Assembly: GCA_014190355.1 (NCBI GenBank)
Contig: BJGH01000003.1
Coordinates: 2,893-66,892 of the forward strand
DNA length: 64,000 bases
Source of the DNA: Alphaproteobacteria bacterium
GTDB lineage: Bacteria; Pseudomonadota; Alphaproteobacteria; Rickettsiales; UBA1997
Reading direction: 5' to 3'
A program made the position numbers and the translations under genes. The notes below the pieces were generated by a model. The model ran no database searches. It was not told the origin of the DNA and saw only the letters and a list, made by a program, of their open reading frames with translations. The first letter of the stretch is position 1. Each line of letters starts with the position of its first letter. This document shows positions 30,813 to 40,692 of the stretch, in pieces.

Positions 30813-31408
30813 ATACAATTCAATTATCACTTACTGCAAAATCTAAAATCCTTTAAAATTTTCAATCTGCAAATAGCCAGTTCAAAAATCTTATCGTAAA
30901 AAAATAACCGCAAATTGCTATACTTAAAATTTTTGTAAATCGTTACTTACTTTAAAATTTATTTGAGATCAAACAAAAAAATTGATTTTAAAATACCAAA
31001 TAATTTTAAAAACATTTATAAAATTATTGGTCATTGAAAAACCCTTAGATCATGATTTGTTAATTTGATTTTTTTTCATACCATAATACCGTCAACTCGA
31101 TTTTTCAAATCACCATCTAATAATCAGCATTAAACGAGCTGTCAAATAATTTGATTTTCATATCTTTAAAATCCCCTTAAAAACAATCTCAACATTGCTT
31201 TAAATTCCCCTTGTAGGTTTAAAAAATATTTTTAAAATTTAAAAAAATTTATCTTGTTTTGATAAAAACCTTAAAAAATTATTTAAATCAAAACTATTTT
31301 ATTTTTAACTATATTTTTTTTAGTTGAAGTGCTATTATTATTTTAAATTTAAAAAATTATTTTTTTAACCAGTTGCTCTAAACGATAAAATTAATTTAAC
31401 AGCTAATT

Positions 31409-32440
31409 ATGGAACAATTTAATCAAAAAATGCTTAACACCATCGATAATCAGTTCTTGGTAGCGATATTATCGATTTTACCAGTAATTGGTAAAATATT
31501 ATTAATTATTCTTCCCCTTCTCCTAGCAGTTGCTTATCTAACCTTGATGGAAAGAAAAGTTATTGGAGCAATGCAGCTAAGAAAAGGACCCAACGTTGTT
31601 GGTTGGTTTGGAATCTTGCAACCCTTGGCAGATGGCTTGAAATTGATGCTCAAAGAAGTTATTTTACCAAGTCAAGCCAATCGTGGTTTGTTTATGCTTG
31701 CTCCCATCATTACTTTCGTGCTGGCTTTAATTGGTTGGGCAGTTATTCCTTTTAGCGAAACTTTTGTTATTGCTGATCTAAATGTTGGGGTTACTTATCT
31801 ACTGGCTACCTCCTCTCTTGGAGTATATGGTATTATCATTGCAGGCTGGGCTTCTAATTCAAAATATGCCTTTTTAGGAGCAATAAGGTCATCAGCCCAA
31901 ATGATTTCGTATGAAGTTTCAATTGGCTTAATAATTATCAGCGTAGTGCTTTGTGCAGGCTCTTTAAATTTAAACCAGATAATTCTTGCTCAAAAAGAGA
32001 TGTGGTATGTTATTCCACTATTTCCAATGTTTATCCTCTTCTTTATAAGTGCCTTGGCAGAAACTAATCGCCATCCCTTTGATTTGCCAGAGGCTGAGTC
32101 AGAACTCGTTGCCGGCTACAATGTTGAATATGCCTCAATGCCCTTCGCCATGTTTTTTCTTGGTGAATATGCAAACATGATTTTAATTAGTGCTTTTGCT
32201 AGCGTGTTATTTTTAGGAGGTTGGTTGCCAATTTTTGATAATGATTTTTGCAATGCTATTCCTGGTTTCATTTGGTTGATTTCAAAAATTTTTGTTTTAT
32301 TATTTTGCTTTATTTGGGTTAGAGCAACATTACCTCGTTATCGATACGATCAATTAATGCGTTTAGGCTGGAAAGTTTTTCTTCCAATCTCATTAATTTG
32401 GGTTGTTGCAACGGCAAGTTTTATAGTTTTTGTTAAATAA
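31409..32440 (+). CDS. nuoH: NADH-quinone oxidoreductase subunit H
   Basis: [48 protein letters not shown]. Confidence 0.95.
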   Translation: MEQFNQKMLNTIDNQFLVAILSILPVIGKILLIILPLLLAVAYLTLMERKVIGAMQLRKGPNVVGWFGILQPLADGLKLMLKEVILPSQANRGLFMLAPIITFVLALIGWAVIPFSETFVIADLNVGVTYLLATSSLGVYGIIIAGWASNSKYAFLGAIRSSAQMISYEVSIGLIIISVVLCAGSLNLNQIILAQKEMWYVIPLFPMFILFFISALAETNRHPFDLPEAESELVAGYNVEYASMPFAMFFLGEYANMILISAFASVLFLGGWLPIFDNDFCNAIPGFIWLISKIFVLLFCFIWVRATLPRYRYDQLMRLGWKVFLPISLIWVVATASFIVFVK

Positions 32441-32455
32441 TTTTAATAATATTTT

Positions 32456-32980
32456 TTGGTTTTCTGTATGGCGTCTTCTTCTTTGGCAATTTTAAAACAA
32501 AATCTAAAAAAAATTTACAATTTTTTTCTTTATGAAATTGTTGTTGGACATGTTCTTACCTTGAAATATATGTTTAAAAAAAAATATACCATTGACTATC
32601 CATTTGAAAAAGGTCCTGTTAGTCCAAGATTTCGTGGTGAACACGCCCTTAGAAGATATCCAAATGGAGAGGAGCGCTGTATTGCTTGTAAACTATGCGA
32701 AGCAATTTGCCCTGCTCAAGCAATTACCATTGAAGCCGAAGAGCGATCTGATGGCAGCCGAAGAACAACCAAATATGATATTGATATGCTCAAATGCATT
32801 TATTGCGGATTATGCCAAGAAGCTTGCCCTGTTGATGCAATCGTTGAAAGTCCAAATTTTGAATTTGCTACTGAAACTCGCCAAGAGCTTTATTACAATA
32901 AAGAAAAGCTCCTAGCAAATGGTGATCGCTATGAATATGCCTTGCAAAAAAATATTGAGCAAGACAATAAATATCGTTAA
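32456..32980 (+). CDS. nuoI: NADH-quinone oxidoreductase subunit I
   Basis: Two 4Fe-4S motifs, [12 protein letters not shown] and [12 protein letters not shown]. The start is either the TTG at 32456 or the ATG at 32468. Confidence 0.93.
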   Translation: MVFCMASSSLAILKQNLKKIYNFFLYEIVVGHVLTLKYMFKKKYTIDYPFEKGPVSPRFRGEHALRRYPNGEERCIACKLCEAICPAQAITIEAEERSDGSRRTTKYDIDMLKCIYCGLCQEACPVDAIVESPNFEFATETRQELYYNKEKLLANGDRYEYALQKNIEQDNKYR

Positions 32981-33035
32981 TCGCAAATATCTATTATTTT
33001 TAAAAAATTAAATAAATTATAAAATTTAAACAATT

Positions 33036-33653
33036 ATGATCTTAACCTTGCCCTTAATTCTATTCTATCTATTTGCCAGCGTTTTAGTTGCCAGCTCGAT
33101 AGTGGTAATAAGTTGCCGTAATATGGTAATCGCTATTTTATTTTTAATTTTAGCTTTTCTTAATGCTAGTGCTTTATTTGTTCTTCTTGGTGCAGAATTT
33201 TTAGCAATGTTGTTAGTAGTTGTTTATGTTGGGGCAATTGCGGTGATGTTTTTATTTGTAATAATGATGCTTGATATTGATTTAAAAATTAAAGATGAGG
33301 TTAATCGCAAAAGACCAATTTTTATTTTGATAAGTGCTATTTTCTTTTTTGAAGTTCTAACCCTCACAAGGTTTTCTACGGTAAAATTTTATGAAACAAA
33401 AAACTTATACCCAACTAACCTTGAAATCACCAATGTTATGAGTTTAGGTAGGGTTCTATATACAGATTTCATTTTGCCCTTCCAGATCGCTGGAGCAATA
33501 TTATTTGTTGCAATGATCGGAGCAATTGTTCTTACTCTTAAGGACGAGAATCGTTTTATTAAAAAACAACAAATTTCTAAACAAATTGAAAGAAACAAAT
33601 CAAATTCACTAGAAATTGTTAAGGTTAAAATAAATTCAGGAATTAATTTATAA
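33036..33653 (+). CDS. nuoJ: NADH-quinone oxidoreductase subunit J
   Basis: Hydrophobic protein with [29 protein letters not shown]. It sits between nuoI and nuoK. Confidence 0.88.
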   Translation: MILTLPLILFYLFASVLVASSIVVISCRNMVIAILFLILAFLNASALFVLLGAEFLAMLLVVVYVGAIAVMFLFVIMMLDIDLKIKDEVNRKRPIFILISAIFFFEVLTLTRFSTVKFYETKNLYPTNLEITNVMSLGRVLYTDFILPFQIAGAILFVAMIGAIVLTLKDENRFIKKQQISKQIERNKSNSLEIVKVKINSGINL

Positions 33654-33657
33654 TTTT

Positions 33658-33978
33658 ATGTCACATATTAACAACATCGCTCAATCAAATTTTATTTTGG
33701 TCTCTGCCCTTCTCTTTTGCATAGCAATTAGCGGAATTTTTCTCAATCGTAAGAATGTTATTTCTTTGCTCATGTCCATTGAACTAATGCTTTTAAGTGT
33801 TAATATTAATTTTGTAGCTTTTTCTGTTTACTTACAAGATTTATTAGGTCAGGTTTTTGCTATTTTTATTTTAACAGTTGCTGGGGCAGAGGCTGCAATT
33901 GGTCTAGCAATTTTAGTGGTATATTATCATAATTCGCAAACCATTGAAATAGAAGAAATTTCTTCACTCAAAGGTTAA
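33658..33978 (+). CDS. nuoK: NADH-quinone oxidoreductase subunit K
   Basis: 106 aa with three TM segments: [17 protein letters not shown] and [16 protein letters not shown]. Confidence 0.9.
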   Translation: MSHINNIAQSNFILVSALLFCIAISGIFLNRKNVISLLMSIELMLLSVNINFVAFSVYLQDLLGQVFAIFILTVAGAEAAIGLAILVVYYHNSQTIEIEEISSLKG

Positions 33979-34009
33979 CATGCTTTGTTAATTAACATAT
34001 TTAACCTTT
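33970..34009 (+). repeat. Nested inverted repeat (hairpin) overlapping the nuoK stop codon
   Basis: The outer arms AAAGGTTAA (33970-33978) and TTAACCTTT (34001-34009) enclose the 12-bp palindrome TGTTAATTAACA (33986-33997). Confidence 0.5.
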
Positions 34010-34022
34010 ATAACTAACTATA

Positions 34023-35939
34023 GTGAGAGATTTAGAAATTACCACATCAACAAAATTTTCTCGACTTCTAAGTGACATTCCGATTTTAAAAATCTTATTT
34101 AGTTTAGGACTAACTATTTTGGTTTTAATTGGACAAAAAAGTTTTGCTTTAGAAAATCAATTACCAAAAAATTTTCAACAATCTGATCCCTGCTCAAATA
34201 CCAAATTTTATTACAAGGTTATTCTTGATGAAATTGCTAAAAAAAATTTAGATGCCTTTAATGATCTCCCCAAATGCTTCAAAAATGACCAGCAATTAAT
34301 TATCAAGGCAATATTAATTAACTATCAAGTTTTTTCACTAATAGATGAAGATTTGCAAAAAGATCCTAATTTTATTAAACGACTTGTTAAGGTTAATCCC
34401 ATGATTTTAAAACTATCTCCACCAGAATTAACAAAAGACCATAACTTTATGGAAGAAATGACCTACATCCATCGCGATGCATTGCAATATGCAAGTTGGA
34501 GTCTCCTTGATAACCGTCAATTCATGACCAAAATGATCGAATTTGATTCACAAAATTATAAATATGCTTCAGATCGAATTCGTTCAATTGAGGAAATAGC
34601 TTTAATAGCATTACGTGATAACGGTTTAATACTTAAATACGCTCCATATTCCCTAAAAAATGATTATAAAATTGTTGAAAAAGCTTTAGAATCAGATATT
34701 AATTCTTTTGAATTTGCTTCAAAAAAATTGAGAAATAATGAAGACCTAAAAAAGTTAACTGAAGAACAGATTCTAAAAATTGATTTAGAGAAATTGGATC
34801 AATTTATAAAACGCAATTACTTTACAAAAAATCCTCAGCGTAATCTTGAAGATTTAATTACCAATCAAGGAAAATTTTATGGCAAAAGACAGATTTTTAA
34901 TCGAAATTATCTAACTAAATGGCAAAAAAAACTTGGCGATGTTGACCCAGTTTTTCATAACTACCAAGAAGAATTTAAAATGATTGCTGTTGATACTAGA
35001 AATTATCAAACAAATTTTAAAGAAGACCTAAAGCCATTTCCGCAATTAATTAATAAAATTACTAAATTTTTGAAAAAACATCGGGTTGATGAAAATACGA
35101 TTGATAATTTAAAAATTACCTATTTATGGAAGATTAGCGAAAAACCCTTAACATTTGCAATGAATTTATACTTTCTTCGCGATAGCTCAGACCTTGATTT
35201 AGGAAGTGATTTTGCCAATATTTCATCGCTAACAATAATTGTTAGCGATATATCAAAAACAAAAAATATTAAAGAAGATAATATTAAATTAGAAAACAGT
35301 AAAAGTTCTGATTATCTAAATAAAACAACAAAAACAAACAATAATTCATTAGATAGCAAAAAAAATAAAAACAAACATAGTATTGAAGGTAATAATAAAA
35401 TTAACCAAGAAGATAACTTTGCCAGTGAAGAAAATTATGACCTTGAACAAGATCAGGATTCTGAAACTTCTGATTTAGGCGATACTGATAGAAAATTAAT
35501 TTTTGATGAAGATATTCAAATAGATGAACTTAATCCAAAAGAAGAAGAGGATGACCCAGACTCAAAAATTAAAAAAAACAAAAAAAAGAAAGCCGATAAA
35601 AACAAAAAAACTATTAACAAAAAATTATCAGGCAAGTCCAATGATGAAGAAATCAAAAAAACAAAATCCAAAATTATTATCCTTGAAGATAAAAATACCC
35701 GATGGAATTTATCAGTGATCGAAGCAGTTTTTGATAGCGAAACAAGAATAGATCCAACCTTTAAAAATGGTCACAAAAGATATGTTTTATGGGATTTATA
35801 TAAGATTAAAAAAGATGACACAAATCCAAAATTAATTTATCGCGTTGAGGATCAGGTTCAAGATTATTTTGTGGTATTTGCTCGCCAAAAAAATCATAAA
35901 TATCAGCAAATTTATTCCACCCAAAAACTTGATCAATAA
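34023..35939 (+). CDS. Secreted or anchored DUF4116-repeat protein with a Lys/Asp/Glu-rich disordered region
   Basis: GTG start and an N-terminal hydrophobic segment. It has repeated ~50-aa units of DUF4116 type (ALQYASWSLLDNRQFMTKMIEFDSQNYKYASDRIRSIEEIALIALRDNGLILKYAPYSLKNDYKIVEKAL...FEFASKKLRNNEDL). Confidence 0.6.
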   Translation: MRDLEITTSTKFSRLLSDIPILKILFSLGLTILVLIGQKSFALENQLPKNFQQSDPCSNTKFYYKVILDEIAKKNLDAFNDLPKCFKNDQQLIIKAILINYQVFSLIDEDLQKDPNFIKRLVKVNPMILKLSPPELTKDHNFMEEMTYIHRDALQYASWSLLDNRQFMTKMIEFDSQNYKYASDRIRSIEEIALIALRDNGLILKYAPYSLKNDYKIVEKALESDINSFEFASKKLRNNEDLKKLTEEQILKIDLEKLDQFIKRNYFTKNPQRNLEDLITNQGKFYGKRQIFNRNYLTKWQKKLGDVDPVFHNYQEEFKMIAVDTRNYQTNFKEDLKPFPQLINKITKFLKKHRVDENTIDNLKITYLWKISEKPLTFAMNLYFLRDSSDLDLGSDFANISSLTIIVSDISKTKNIKEDNIKLENSKSSDYLNKTTKTNNNSLDSKKNKNKHSIEGNNKINQEDNFASEENYDLEQDQDSETSDLGDTDRKLIFDEDIQIDELNPKEEEDDPDSKIKKNKKKKADKNKKTINKKLSGKSNDEEIKKTKSKIIILEDKNTRWNLSVIEAVFDSETRIDPTFKNGHKRYVLWDLYKIKKDDTNPKLIYRVEDQVQDYFVVFARQKNHKYQQIYSTQKLDQ

Positions 35940-35949
35940 TTAATTTTGT

Positions 35950-36234
35950 ATGCGTAAAGATAATTTTTTAAATGCTTTAACCAATTTTTTTGTACCAATA
36001 ATTTTAATGTTAAGTATTTTCTTTCTTACTGATTTTTTTAAAAACGGCTTCTTTTCAATTGTTTGCGCTATTATTATTGCAAGTTGCGGATATATGATTA
36101 TAAGTTTGCAAAATCATATTTTAAAAAATTTCTTTAAAAAAACTCATGAGCTGTGGATTTATTTCTTAGCATTATGTGCAATTCTTTATTGCCTTTTAAT
36201 CTTAATAACCCTAACAGATTTTTTATCTATTTAA
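35950..36234 (+). CDS. Small hypothetical membrane protein (about 3 TM segments)
   Basis: A 94-aa hydrophobic ORF with no recognised family. Confidence 0.4.
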   Translation: MRKDNFLNALTNFFVPIILMLSIFFLTDFFKNGFFSIVCAIIIASCGYMIISLQNHILKNFFKKTHELWIYFLALCAILYCLLILITLTDFLSI

Positions 36235-36242
36235 GATAATTT

Positions 36243-36560
36243 ATGACTAAAAAAAGCTTTTTCATTAATTGAACTTTCAATAGTAATCTTAATAATTGGA
36301 ATTTTAGTAAGCGGAGTTACTCAAAGCTCAAGACTAATAAACCAATTTCGCTTAACCTCAGCTCGCAATATTACTCAAAGTTCTTCAGTTTCAACCATCA
36401 AAGATTAGGCTTATAGTTTAATGAGGTAAATGAAAAAGTTTTGATAGCCAAGTTTCAAATGGCTCAAATGTTGCTTATTGGCAAGATACCAATCCTCAAA
36501 AACACCAGTCAATTTCGTTTTGTTCAGAATATATTAGCAATCAACCTTTCTATAAGTTAA
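36243..36560 (+). pseudogene. Decayed prepilin-type (type IV pilin / pseudopilin-like) gene, disrupted at an A7 tract and by later stop and frame changes
   Basis: The ATG at 36243 gives MTKKSFFIN*. The +1 frame from 36256 reads AFSLIELSIVILIIGILVSGVTQSSRLINQFRLTSARNITQSSSVSTIKD*, a class III signal peptide. A third frame from about 36437 reads FDSQVSNGSNVAYWQDTNPQKH. Confidence 0.65.
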
Positions 36561-36594
36561 TACGCATTTATTTAAAAATAAAATTTTATGAAAA

Positions 36595-37602
36595 TTATTT
36601 ACTTTTTAAAATTTTACTTCTAAAAAAATTTTGTAATAATTTTACTGCGTTTAAAACTTTAGCTTTTGATCGTGGAAGTCTGGAAAATTGATCACTCGCC
36701 AGAGCTTCCAAAGACATTTCTGGCAAGACTTTTGAGCAAGGTCTCACGATACGCAATTCATCAAATGACTTAAGAATTATCGGACTAAGAATTTTAATGC
36801 GAAAATTATGATCTTTAGCTTGAGTTAGTGAAAATTTTTCTTGCAAAGAAATAATATCGCCTTGGCTCTTAGATCCCCCCAAGAGATGACCGCCAACGCT
36901 CTCATTACCTGAAAATAAAATTTTTTTAGGATCTTCAACTCTCTCAAGATCTTCAGGGAAAATTCCATTACTTCGCGAATAAAAATCACCTATAAAACTA
37001 GCTTCAAACATTGCAACAAATGGCTTTGAACCTGATTTATCTTTTAAAAATTCTAAAAGCTTTTCTCTTCCATCAATTTCTTGATTAATATCATCGCAAT
37101 ATACTTGAGAATTTTTAAAGGTTGTTGCTTGGAATATCCAATAACCTTGATTTTTATCAACTTCAAAAACTACATTCCCCTTAGTTATCCTAAGATTATC
37201 CTCACCCATCTTATAAGCCTCACCTCCTGAAATAAATAAATTTTTGTCTTTTTTAGGAGATTCATTGCCCATCCCAAATGATCCAAGTCCGACATCAAAA
37301 TTTTCTAAATCCTTAGCTTTCACAACAACTGAGCGTGACATTGCCTCTTTATCAGATGGCTGACCCCATTGCAAAAGAATATTTTCAGTTGAATGCTGAT
37401 TAAATGGCATCGAGGGTTGGGAATTAACTTGCTTCAAAATATCTGAAAATTTACTTCCCTTCTCAGTGTCTAAAATGTGAATATGAAGATAATCAGGCTG
37501 ACAATCAAGACTGCTTAATGAATAATCGACAGAATCAAGAATTGCAATGACGTTATATTTACGCGAATCATGGAAATTAGATTTATTTTGAGATATAGTC
37601 AT
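36595..37602 (-). CDS. Hypothetical protein (335 aa), orphan
   Basis: Intact ORF with no family recognised. The C-terminus is basic (KVLNAVKLLQNFFRSKILKSK). Confidence 0.5.
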   Translation of the reverse strand: MTISQNKSNFHDSRKYNVIAILDSVDYSLSSLDCQPDYLHIHILDTEKGSKFSDILKQVNSQPSMPFNQHSTENILLQWGQPSDKEAMSRSVVVKAKDLENFDVGLGSFGMGNESPKKDKNLFISGGEAYKMGEDNLRITKGNVVFEVDKNQGYWIFQATTFKNSQVYCDDINQEIDGREKLLEFLKDKSGSKPFVAMFEASFIGDFYSRSNGIFPEDLERVEDPKKILFSGNESVGGHLLGGSKSQGDIISLQEKFSLTQAKDHNFRIKILSPIILKSFDELRIVRPCSKVLPEMSLEALASDQFSRLPRSKAKVLNAVKLLQNFFRSKILKSK

Positions 37603-37713
37603 AAATTTATAATTTAATTGTTTAAAATTATAAATAATTTTTAACTTATAAAATAAAAAAATTCAATAAAAAAAATAAAATTATTAAAAATTTTTAATAA
37701 TATTAAAATTTTA

Positions 37714-39693
37714 TTATTTTTTCACAAAAGAAAAAATTGAGTTTATCAGTGATTTTGATTTTTTATCACCTGAATTTATATCATTATTTTTGTCATTGTT
37801 TCGTCGATTATCGTGTCGACGATTGCGCCCATTTCGTCGGTCATCACGATATTTTTTGTTACGATTGTTATTATCTGAGCTGTCATTATCATTATTGCTG
37901 CTTAATTGATAATCATCATCATCAGAATAATTTTCAAGATAGGTTTTTTCAATACCAAGTTGGTTTACTTTACCAGTTGTAATTTGCATTTCTATTTCTC
38001 TTTTTTCTTCATCAGAAAGATTTTTGCGTTTTTTAAGAGTAAAACCCTGACTACCAATATCTTCACTTGGATGCATAAAAATATGAATGTGATAATTTTT
38101 TTCTGTAGCAACTATTTCATTTTTTTTATAATTCATGATATAAGCTATGGTTTGAGAGCTAGTGTAGATGTATATAACCCCAGCTTGACGATCTGAACAA
38201 GCATGACGAACTGCTCGCAAAATGCTAACTGCTAATATTTCAACCGAACGAACATATCCAGTTCCACCGCAATGTTTGCAAGGCTCGGTAATTGTCTCAA
38301 AAAAACTTGCACCCAATCTTTGGCGAGACATTTCTAGTAAACCAAAAACACTTATTCTGCCCAATTGAATTCGTGCTCGATCGTTTTGTAAAGCATCACG
38401 CAGAGCTCTTTCAATATTACGGCGATTTTTTTGGTCATACATATCAATAAAATCGATAACGATTAAACCAGCTAAGTCTCTAATTCTTAATTGTTTAGCA
38501 ATTTCTCTACAAGCTTCTAAATTTGTGTTATAAGCAGTTTCCTCAATACCACTTTCTTTGGTTGATCTTCCCGAGTTGACATCAATTGCAACAAGTGCTT
38601 CAGTATGATCAATCACGATTGAACCACCTGAGGGCAGATTAATCTGCTTTTCATATAACGCTGAAATTTGTTGTTCAACGCGATATTTATTAAAGATTGG
38701 GATTCGATCATCATGCAATTTAATGTTATGGACATGGCTTGGCATCGTTAACTTAACAAAATTAGTTACAATTTCAAATGCTTCCCGTCCTTCAACAATT
38801 ACCTCTTCAATAGTTTCATTATAAACATCACGAATACACCTTCTAATTAAATCATCTTCAGCATGAATAAATGCAGGAGCTTTGGAATTTAAAGAAGTTT
38901 CTTTGATGCTATCCCAAAGTCGATTTAAATATTCACAATCACGCTTTATATCTTCGGGTTTTTTACCAACCCCTGCAGTTCTAATAATAATTGAACGATC
39001 ATTTCCTACATTAATTTCATTAAGAATTGAACGTAAAATTTTACGATCACGAAAATTATCAACCTTTTTGGAAACCCCTCCTTTATTAGGCGTGTTTGCC
39101 ATGAGAACGCAATATTTTCCAGCAATTGAAATATATGAAGTCATCGATGCACCTTTATTGCCCCTCTCCTCTTTAACAACTTGAACAAGAATCAGTTGAT
39201 TTGTTTTAATAACTTCTTGGATATTGTATCTTTTGTAAATACTATGAATATTTCCTTGATAACCTGCAGTTTCATCTTCAACCGAGTATGAGCCAGTACT
39301 AATTGATTCTTCTTTATCTTCATCAATAGAGTTATGATCGCGATTTTGTGAATTTGCTTGATAAGATGAGTCATCTTCGTCATTACGATTTTGATTTTGA
39401 TGACTATTTAAATCTCTTAGTTTTTGTCTTTCTGCTTCGGAAATTTGATAATAATCAGGATGAATATCAGCGAAAGGTAAGAAACCATGTCGATCTGATC
39501 CATAATCAACAAAACAAGCCTGAAGAGATGCTTCAACCCTAGTAACTTTTGCTAAATAAATATTACCTTTGATTTGCTTAATTGCAATGGCTTCTCGGTC
39601 GAAATCCTGAAGATTGCCATTTTGAAGTACCGCGATTCTTTTTTCTTCACGATATGCTCCGTCGATAATAATCGAGATATTTTGTTTTGTCAT
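37714..39693 (-). CDS. rne: Ribonuclease E/G family endoribonuclease (RNase E-like, with an S1-domain insertion and an Arg/Asn-rich tail)
   Basis: S1 domain GNIYLAKVTRVEASLQACFVDYG, then the catalytic core VIDHTEALVAIDVNSG, IVIDFIDM and GLLEMSRQR, with zinc-link-like CKHCGGTG. Confidence 0.9.
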   Translation of the reverse strand: MTKQNISIIIDGAYREEKRIAVLQNGNLQDFDREAIAIKQIKGNIYLAKVTRVEASLQACFVDYGSDRHGFLPFADIHPDYYQISEAERQKLRDLNSHQNQNRNDEDDSSYQANSQNRDHNSIDEDKEESISTGSYSVEDETAGYQGNIHSIYKRYNIQEVIKTNQLILVQVVKEERGNKGASMTSYISIAGKYCVLMANTPNKGGVSKKVDNFRDRKILRSILNEINVGNDRSIIIRTAGVGKKPEDIKRDCEYLNRLWDSIKETSLNSKAPAFIHAEDDLIRRCIRDVYNETIEEVIVEGREAFEIVTNFVKLTMPSHVHNIKLHDDRIPIFNKYRVEQQISALYEKQINLPSGGSIVIDHTEALVAIDVNSGRSTKESGIEETAYNTNLEACREIAKQLRIRDLAGLIVIDFIDMYDQKNRRNIERALRDALQNDRARIQLGRISVFGLLEMSRQRLGASFFETITEPCKHCGGTGYVRSVEILAVSILRAVRHACSDRQAGVIYIYTSSQTIAYIMNYKKNEIVATEKNYHIHIFMHPSEDIGSQGFTLKKRKNLSDEEKREIEMQITTGKVNQLGIEKTYLENYSDDDDYQLSSNNDNDSSDNNNRNKKYRDDRRNGRNRRHDNRRNNDKNNDINSGDKKSKSLINSIFSFVKK

Positions 39694-40362
39694 TGTTGTA
39701 TTTTTGTATTACAACAAACAGCAGTTTTTAATTCCTTAAACTCTATTTCTTCTCATTAACTTCTTGGTATAGATAATAACGGCTCAGAATTGCTATTTTA
39801 TTTTTTATATTTTAAGTATTTAAAAGCATTAGAGAGATATTTGTTTTATATCGATAACAACTAAATTATTAATGATAAAAAGTTAAGAAAAAATAGTAAG
39901 ATTACTGCAATTTGTTTTGGTTAAATAAATTAATTATAATTTTTATTTGAATACTTGGCTTTAAAACTTCCGTAGTTTTTATTCAAACTCAATAAAGAAT
40001 CTGTTGATAGCCAAGCTTATGAAACTTGTGAAATTTTATTTAATCGCATTTGTTATTTTGATATATTATAAATTTTATCAAATTATTGGCAAAAACTTGT
40101 CGAATGTACCAAAGCTAAAATTTCAATAAATTAACATTTAATGATTTGATATACGAATAAGAAATTTTAATATCAAAAAGCTATAAATTGTTAAAATAAA
40201 ATAGCGATAAATTTATTTAAATCGAATAATATTTAAGAAAATGCTACAAATTTATTAGCTTGATCAAAAATAAGAATTTATATCGCTTATCAAAAAGTCA
40301 TTTTGCTTTATAATAAAAGCACTAATTTATTTTACTAGTTTTTTTAAAAAAAAATTTTCAAA

Positions 40363-40680
40363 CTATTTGTTTGAGGAGATCAACCAGTCAAAATAATTTT
40401 TTTCACAAAAATCAATTTTTTTAGCAATAATTTGTGGAGTTTGATAGCTATGGTTTTTTTTAATAATTTGGCAAATTCTTTCAAAAAAATTTGCAGTTGT
40501 TTTAATTGAAATTAATATTTCTTGCTCTTGACACAATTTTTCTTGCCAAAAAAAACTACTCTTAATTTCTTGAAATTGGATACAACTTGCAAATCTTGTT
40601 TCAAGGATAAGTTTAGCAATCTTTTCTGCCTCTTCTAGGTTTGGAGCAGTTGTTTCTAAACTAATTAATTGATCATTCAT
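40363..40680 (-). CDS. cutA: Divalent-cation tolerance protein CutA
   Basis: A 105-aa ORF with CutA1-like pattern: TTAPNLEEAEKIAKLILETRFASCIQ ... SSFFWQEKL ... ISIKT ... HSYQTPQII. Confidence 0.7.
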   Translation of the reverse strand: MNDQLISLETTAPNLEEAEKIAKLILETRFASCIQFQEIKSSFFWQEKLCQEQEILISIKTTANFFERICQIIKKNHSYQTPQIIAKKIDFCEKNYFDWLISSNK

Positions 40681-40692
40681 AATTTTAATTTT

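Noticed and set aside
40019-40129. 36-codon plus-strand ORF (MKLVKFYLIAFVILIYYKFYQIIGKNLSNVPKLKFQ) with one hydrophobic segment inside the rne leader region. I considered it as a possible type I toxin.
   Set aside because: An ORF of this length is expected by chance several times in 669 bp over six frames, even with AT-rich stop codons. There is no ribosome-binding site or other supporting feature.
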